Shown here: piece by piece, positions 59,801 through 64,000 of the stretch
How positions within the stretch are numbered: the stretch's first letter is position 1
How the letters are laid out: each line of letters begins with the position of its first letter
Made by a program: the position numbers and the translations under genes
NCBI GenBank assembly: GCA_032718475.1
Contig: JAUCBJ010001356.1
Coordinates: 19,713 to 83,712, forward strand
Length of the DNA: 64,000 nt
From: Nemertoderma westbladi
Lineage: Eukaryota > Animalia > Xenacoelomorpha
Direction: 5' to 3'
The notes under the pieces: model-generated
The model's input: only the letters and a program-made list of their open reading frames with translations
Told to the model about the DNA's origin: nothing
Databases searched by the model: none

Positions 59801-62800
59801 ACAATATCGGTTAATAACCGGATCAGTTAATAACCGGATCAGTTAAATAACCATATCGGTTAATAACCGGATCAGTTAAATAACCATATCGGTTAATAAC
59901 CGGATCAGTTAAATAACCATATCGGTTATTAACCGGATCAGTTAATAACCGGATCAGTTAAATACCATATCGGTTAATAACCGGATCAGTTAAATACCAT
60001 ATCGGTTAATAACCGGATCAGTTAAATAACCATATCGGTTAATAACCGGATCAGTTAAATAACCATATTGGTTAATAACCGGATCAGTTAAATAACCATA
60101 TTGGTTAATAACCGGATCAGTTAATAACCGGATCATTTAAATAACAATATCGGTTAATAACCGGATCAGTTAAATAACCATATCGGTTAATAACCGGATC
60201 AGTTAAATAACAATATCGGTTAATAACCGGATCAGTTAATAACCGGATCAGTTAAATAACCATATCGGTTAATAACCGGATCAGTTAAATAACCATATCG
60301 GTTAATAACCGGATCAGTTAAATAACCATATCGGTTAATAACCGGATCAGTTAAATAACCATATTGGTTAATAACCGGATCAGTTAAATACCATATCGGT
60401 TAATAACCGGATCAGTTAAATACCATATCGGTTAATAACCGGATCAGTTAAATAACCATATTGGTTAATAACCGGATCAGTTAAATAACCATATTGGTTA
60501 ATAACCGGATCAGTTAAATAACCATATTGGTTAATAACCGGATCAGTTAATAACCGGATCAGTTAAATAACAATATCGGTTAATAACCGGATCAGTTAAA
60601 TAACCATATTGGTTAATAACCGGATCAGTTAAATAACCATATTGGTTAATAACCGGATCAGTTAATAACCGGATCAGTTAAATAACAATATCGGTTAATA
60701 ACCGGATCAGTTAAATAACAATATCGGTTAATAACCGGATCAGTTAAATAACCATATTGGTTAATAACCGGATCAGTTAATAACCGGATCAGTTAAATAA
60801 CAATATCGGTTAATAACCGGATCAGTTAAATAACCATATCGGTTAATAACCGGATCATTTAAATAACAATATCGGTTAATAACCGGATCAGTTAAATAAC
60901 CATATCGGTTAATAACCGGATCAGTTAAATAACAATATCGGTTAATAACCGGATCAGTTAAATAACCATATCGGTTAATAACCGGATCAGTTAAATAACC
61001 ATATCGGTTATTAACCGGATCAGTTAATAACCGGATCAGTTAAATACCATATCGGTTAATAACCGGATCAGTTAAATACCATATCGGTTAATAACCGGAT
61101 CAGTTAAATAACCATATTGGTTAATAACCGGATCAGTTAAATAACAATATCGGTTAATAACCGGATCAGTTAAATAACCATATCGGTTAATAACCGGATC
61201 AGTTAAATAACAATATCGGTTAATAACCGGATCAGTTAAATAACCATATTGGTTAATAACCGGATCAGTTAAATAACCATGTCGGTTAATAACCGGATCA
61301 GTTAATAACCGGATCAGTTCAATAACCATATCGGTTAATAACCGGATCAGTTAAATAACCATATTGGTTAATAACCGGATCAGTTAAATAACCATATCGG
61401 TTAATAACCGGATCAGTTAAATAACCATATCGGTTATTAACCGGATCAGTTAATAAACAGATCAGTTGAATAACCATATCGGTTAATAACCGGATCAGTT
61501 AAATAACCATATTGGTTAATAACCGGATCAGTTAAATAACCATATTGGTTAATAACCGGATCAGTTAAATAACCATATCGGTTAATAACCATATCGGTTA
61601 ATAATCGGATCAGTTAATAACCGGATCAGTTAAATAACCATATCGGTTAATAACCGGATCAGTTAAATAACAATATCGGTTAATAACCGGATCAGTTAAA
61701 TAACAATATCGGTTAATAACCGGATCAGTTAAATAACCATATTGGTTAATAACCGGATCAGTTAAATAACCATATCAATAACGGGATCAGTTAATAACCG
61801 GATCAGTTAAATAACCATATTGGTTAATAACCGGATCAGTTAAATAACCATATCGGTTAATAACCGGATCAGTTAAATAACCATATCGGTTAATAACCGG
61901 ATCAGTTAAATAACCATATTGGTTAATAACCGGATCAGTTAAATAACCATATCAATAACGGGATCAGTTAATAACCGGATCAGTTAAATAACCATATCGG
62001 TTAATAACCGGATCAGTTAAATAACCATATTGGTTAATAACCGGATCAGTTAAATAACCATATTGGTTAATAACCGGATCAGTTAAATAACAATATCGGT
62101 TAATAACCGGATCAATTAATAACCGGATCAGTTAAATAACCGGATCAGTTAAATAACCATATTGGTTAATAACCGGATCAGTTAAATAACCATATTGGTT
62201 AATAACCGGATCAGTTAAATAACAATATCGGTTAATAACCGGATCAATTAATAACCGGATCAGTTAAATAACCATATCGGTTAATAACCGGATCAGTTAA
62301 ATAACCATATTGGTTAATAACCGGATCAGTTAAATAACCATATCGGTTAATAACCGGATCAGTTAAATAACCATATTGGTTAATAACCGGATCAGTTAAA
62401 TAACAATATCGGTTAATAACCGGATCAGTTAATAACCGGATCAGTTAAATAACCATATCGGTTAATAACCGGATCAGTTAAATAACCATATCGGTTAATA
62501 ACCGGATCAGTTAAATAACCATATTGGTTAATAACCGGATCAGTTAAATAACCATATCAATAACGGGATCAGTTAATAACCGGATCAGTTAAATAACCAT
62601 ATCAGTTAATAACCGGATCAGTTAAATAACCATATTGGTTAATAACCGGATCAGTTAAATAACCATATTGGTTAATAACCGGATCAGTTAAATAACCATA
62701 TTGGTTAATAACCGGATCAGTTAAATAACCGGATCAGTTAAATAACCATATTGGTTAATAACCGGATCAGTTAAATAACCATATCGGTTAATAACCGGAT

Positions 62801-63972
62801 CAGTTAAATAACCATATTGGTTAATAACCGGATCAGTTAAATAACAATATCGGTTAATAACCGGATCAATTAATAACCGGATCAGTTAAATAACCATATC
62901 GGTTAATAACCGGATCAGTTAAATAACCATATTGGTTAATAACCGGATCAGTTAAATAACCATATCGGTTAATAACCGGATCAGTTAAATAACCATATCG
63001 GTTAATAACCGGATCAATTAATAACCGGATCAGTTAAATAACCATATCGGTTAATAACCGGATCAGTTAAATAACCATATTGGTTAATAACCGGATCAGT
63101 TAAATAACCATATTGGTTAATAACCGGATCAGTTAATAACCGGATCAGTTAATAACCGGATCAGTTAATAACCGGATCAGTTAAATAACCATTTCGGTTA
63201 ATAACCGGATCAGTTAAATAACCATATTGGTTAATAACCGGATCAGTTAAATAACCATATCGGTTAATAACCGGATCAGTTAAATAACCATATCGGTTAA
63301 TAACGGGATCAGTTAAATAACCATATCGGTTAATAACCGGATCAGTTAATAACCGGATCAGTTAAATAACAATATCGGTTAATAACCGGATCGGTTAATA
63401 ACCGGATCAGTTAAATAACCATATCGGTTAATAACGGGATCAGTTAAATAACCATATCGGTTAATAACCGGATCAGTTAATAACCGGATCAGTTAAATAA
63501 CAATATCGGTTAATAACCGGATCAGTTAAATAACCATATTGGTTAATAACCGGATCAGTTAAATAACCATATCGGTTAATAACCGGATCAGTTAAATAAC
63601 CATATCGGTTAATAACCGGATCAGTTAATAACCGGATCAGTTAAATAACAATATCGGTTAATAACCGGATCAGTTAAATAACCATATTGGTTAATAACCG
63701 GATCAGTTAATAACCGGATCAGTTAAATAACCATATTGGTTAATAACCGGATCAGTTAAATAACAATATCGGTTAATAACCGGATCAGTTAATAACCGGA
63801 TCAGTTAAATAACCATATTGGTTAATAATCGGATCAGTTAATAACCGGATCGGTTAAATAACCATATTGGTTAATAACCGGATCAGTTAAATAACCATAT
63901 TGGTTAATAACCGGATCAGTTAAATAACCATATTGGTTAATAACCGGATCAGTTAAATAACAATATCGGTTA
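56872..63972 (+). repeat. 7101-bp tandem duplicate of ~49771-56871 (30-mer array, unique spacer, 33-mer satellite); another copy starts at 63973
   Basis: Spacer 51301 recurs at 58402, ORF 53971 at 61072, junction 56872 at 63973. Confidence 0.95.
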
Positions 63973-64000
63973 TGTGACGCAATGTAGTTACTGAGGGGGC

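Noticed and set aside
36503-63972. CRISPR-like arrays
   Set aside because: Units are head-to-tail with no unique spacers, there are no cas genes, and the context is eukaryotic

Overview
Eukaryotic (metazoan, probably invertebrate) genomic DNA. The backbone is a divergent ryanodine receptor (RyR) gene on the minus strand; I can place 14 exons between 691 and 39687 with GT-AG boundaries and consistent phases. One intron (8140-30826) holds a complete but decayed ~21.8-kb Polinton/Maverick (adintovirus-like) element at 8908-30687, with ~0.4-kb TIRs and a 6-bp TSD (GTTAGG). It carries a packaging ATPase, integrase, two minor capsid genes, a major capsid gene, an adenain protease and a broken pPolB. 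Its accessory genes are a RING protein, a DEDD-like nuclease, a PC4-like protein and, most unusually, a TBP-like protein. The protease gene is split by a self-nested non-autonomous element whose ends form a frame-restoring GT...CAG intron. The Polinton sits in a telomere-like hexamer that replaces the core of a hammerhead ribozyme relic. Intronless ERAL1 (nested in a RyR intron) and Fer/Fes kinase genes are also present. Three long minisatellite arrays are each built from a gene-boundary signal (splice donor, splice acceptor, stop codon). The right end is a 7101-bp higher-order tandem duplication of satellites. All family assignments come from motif recognition by eye; no searches were run.
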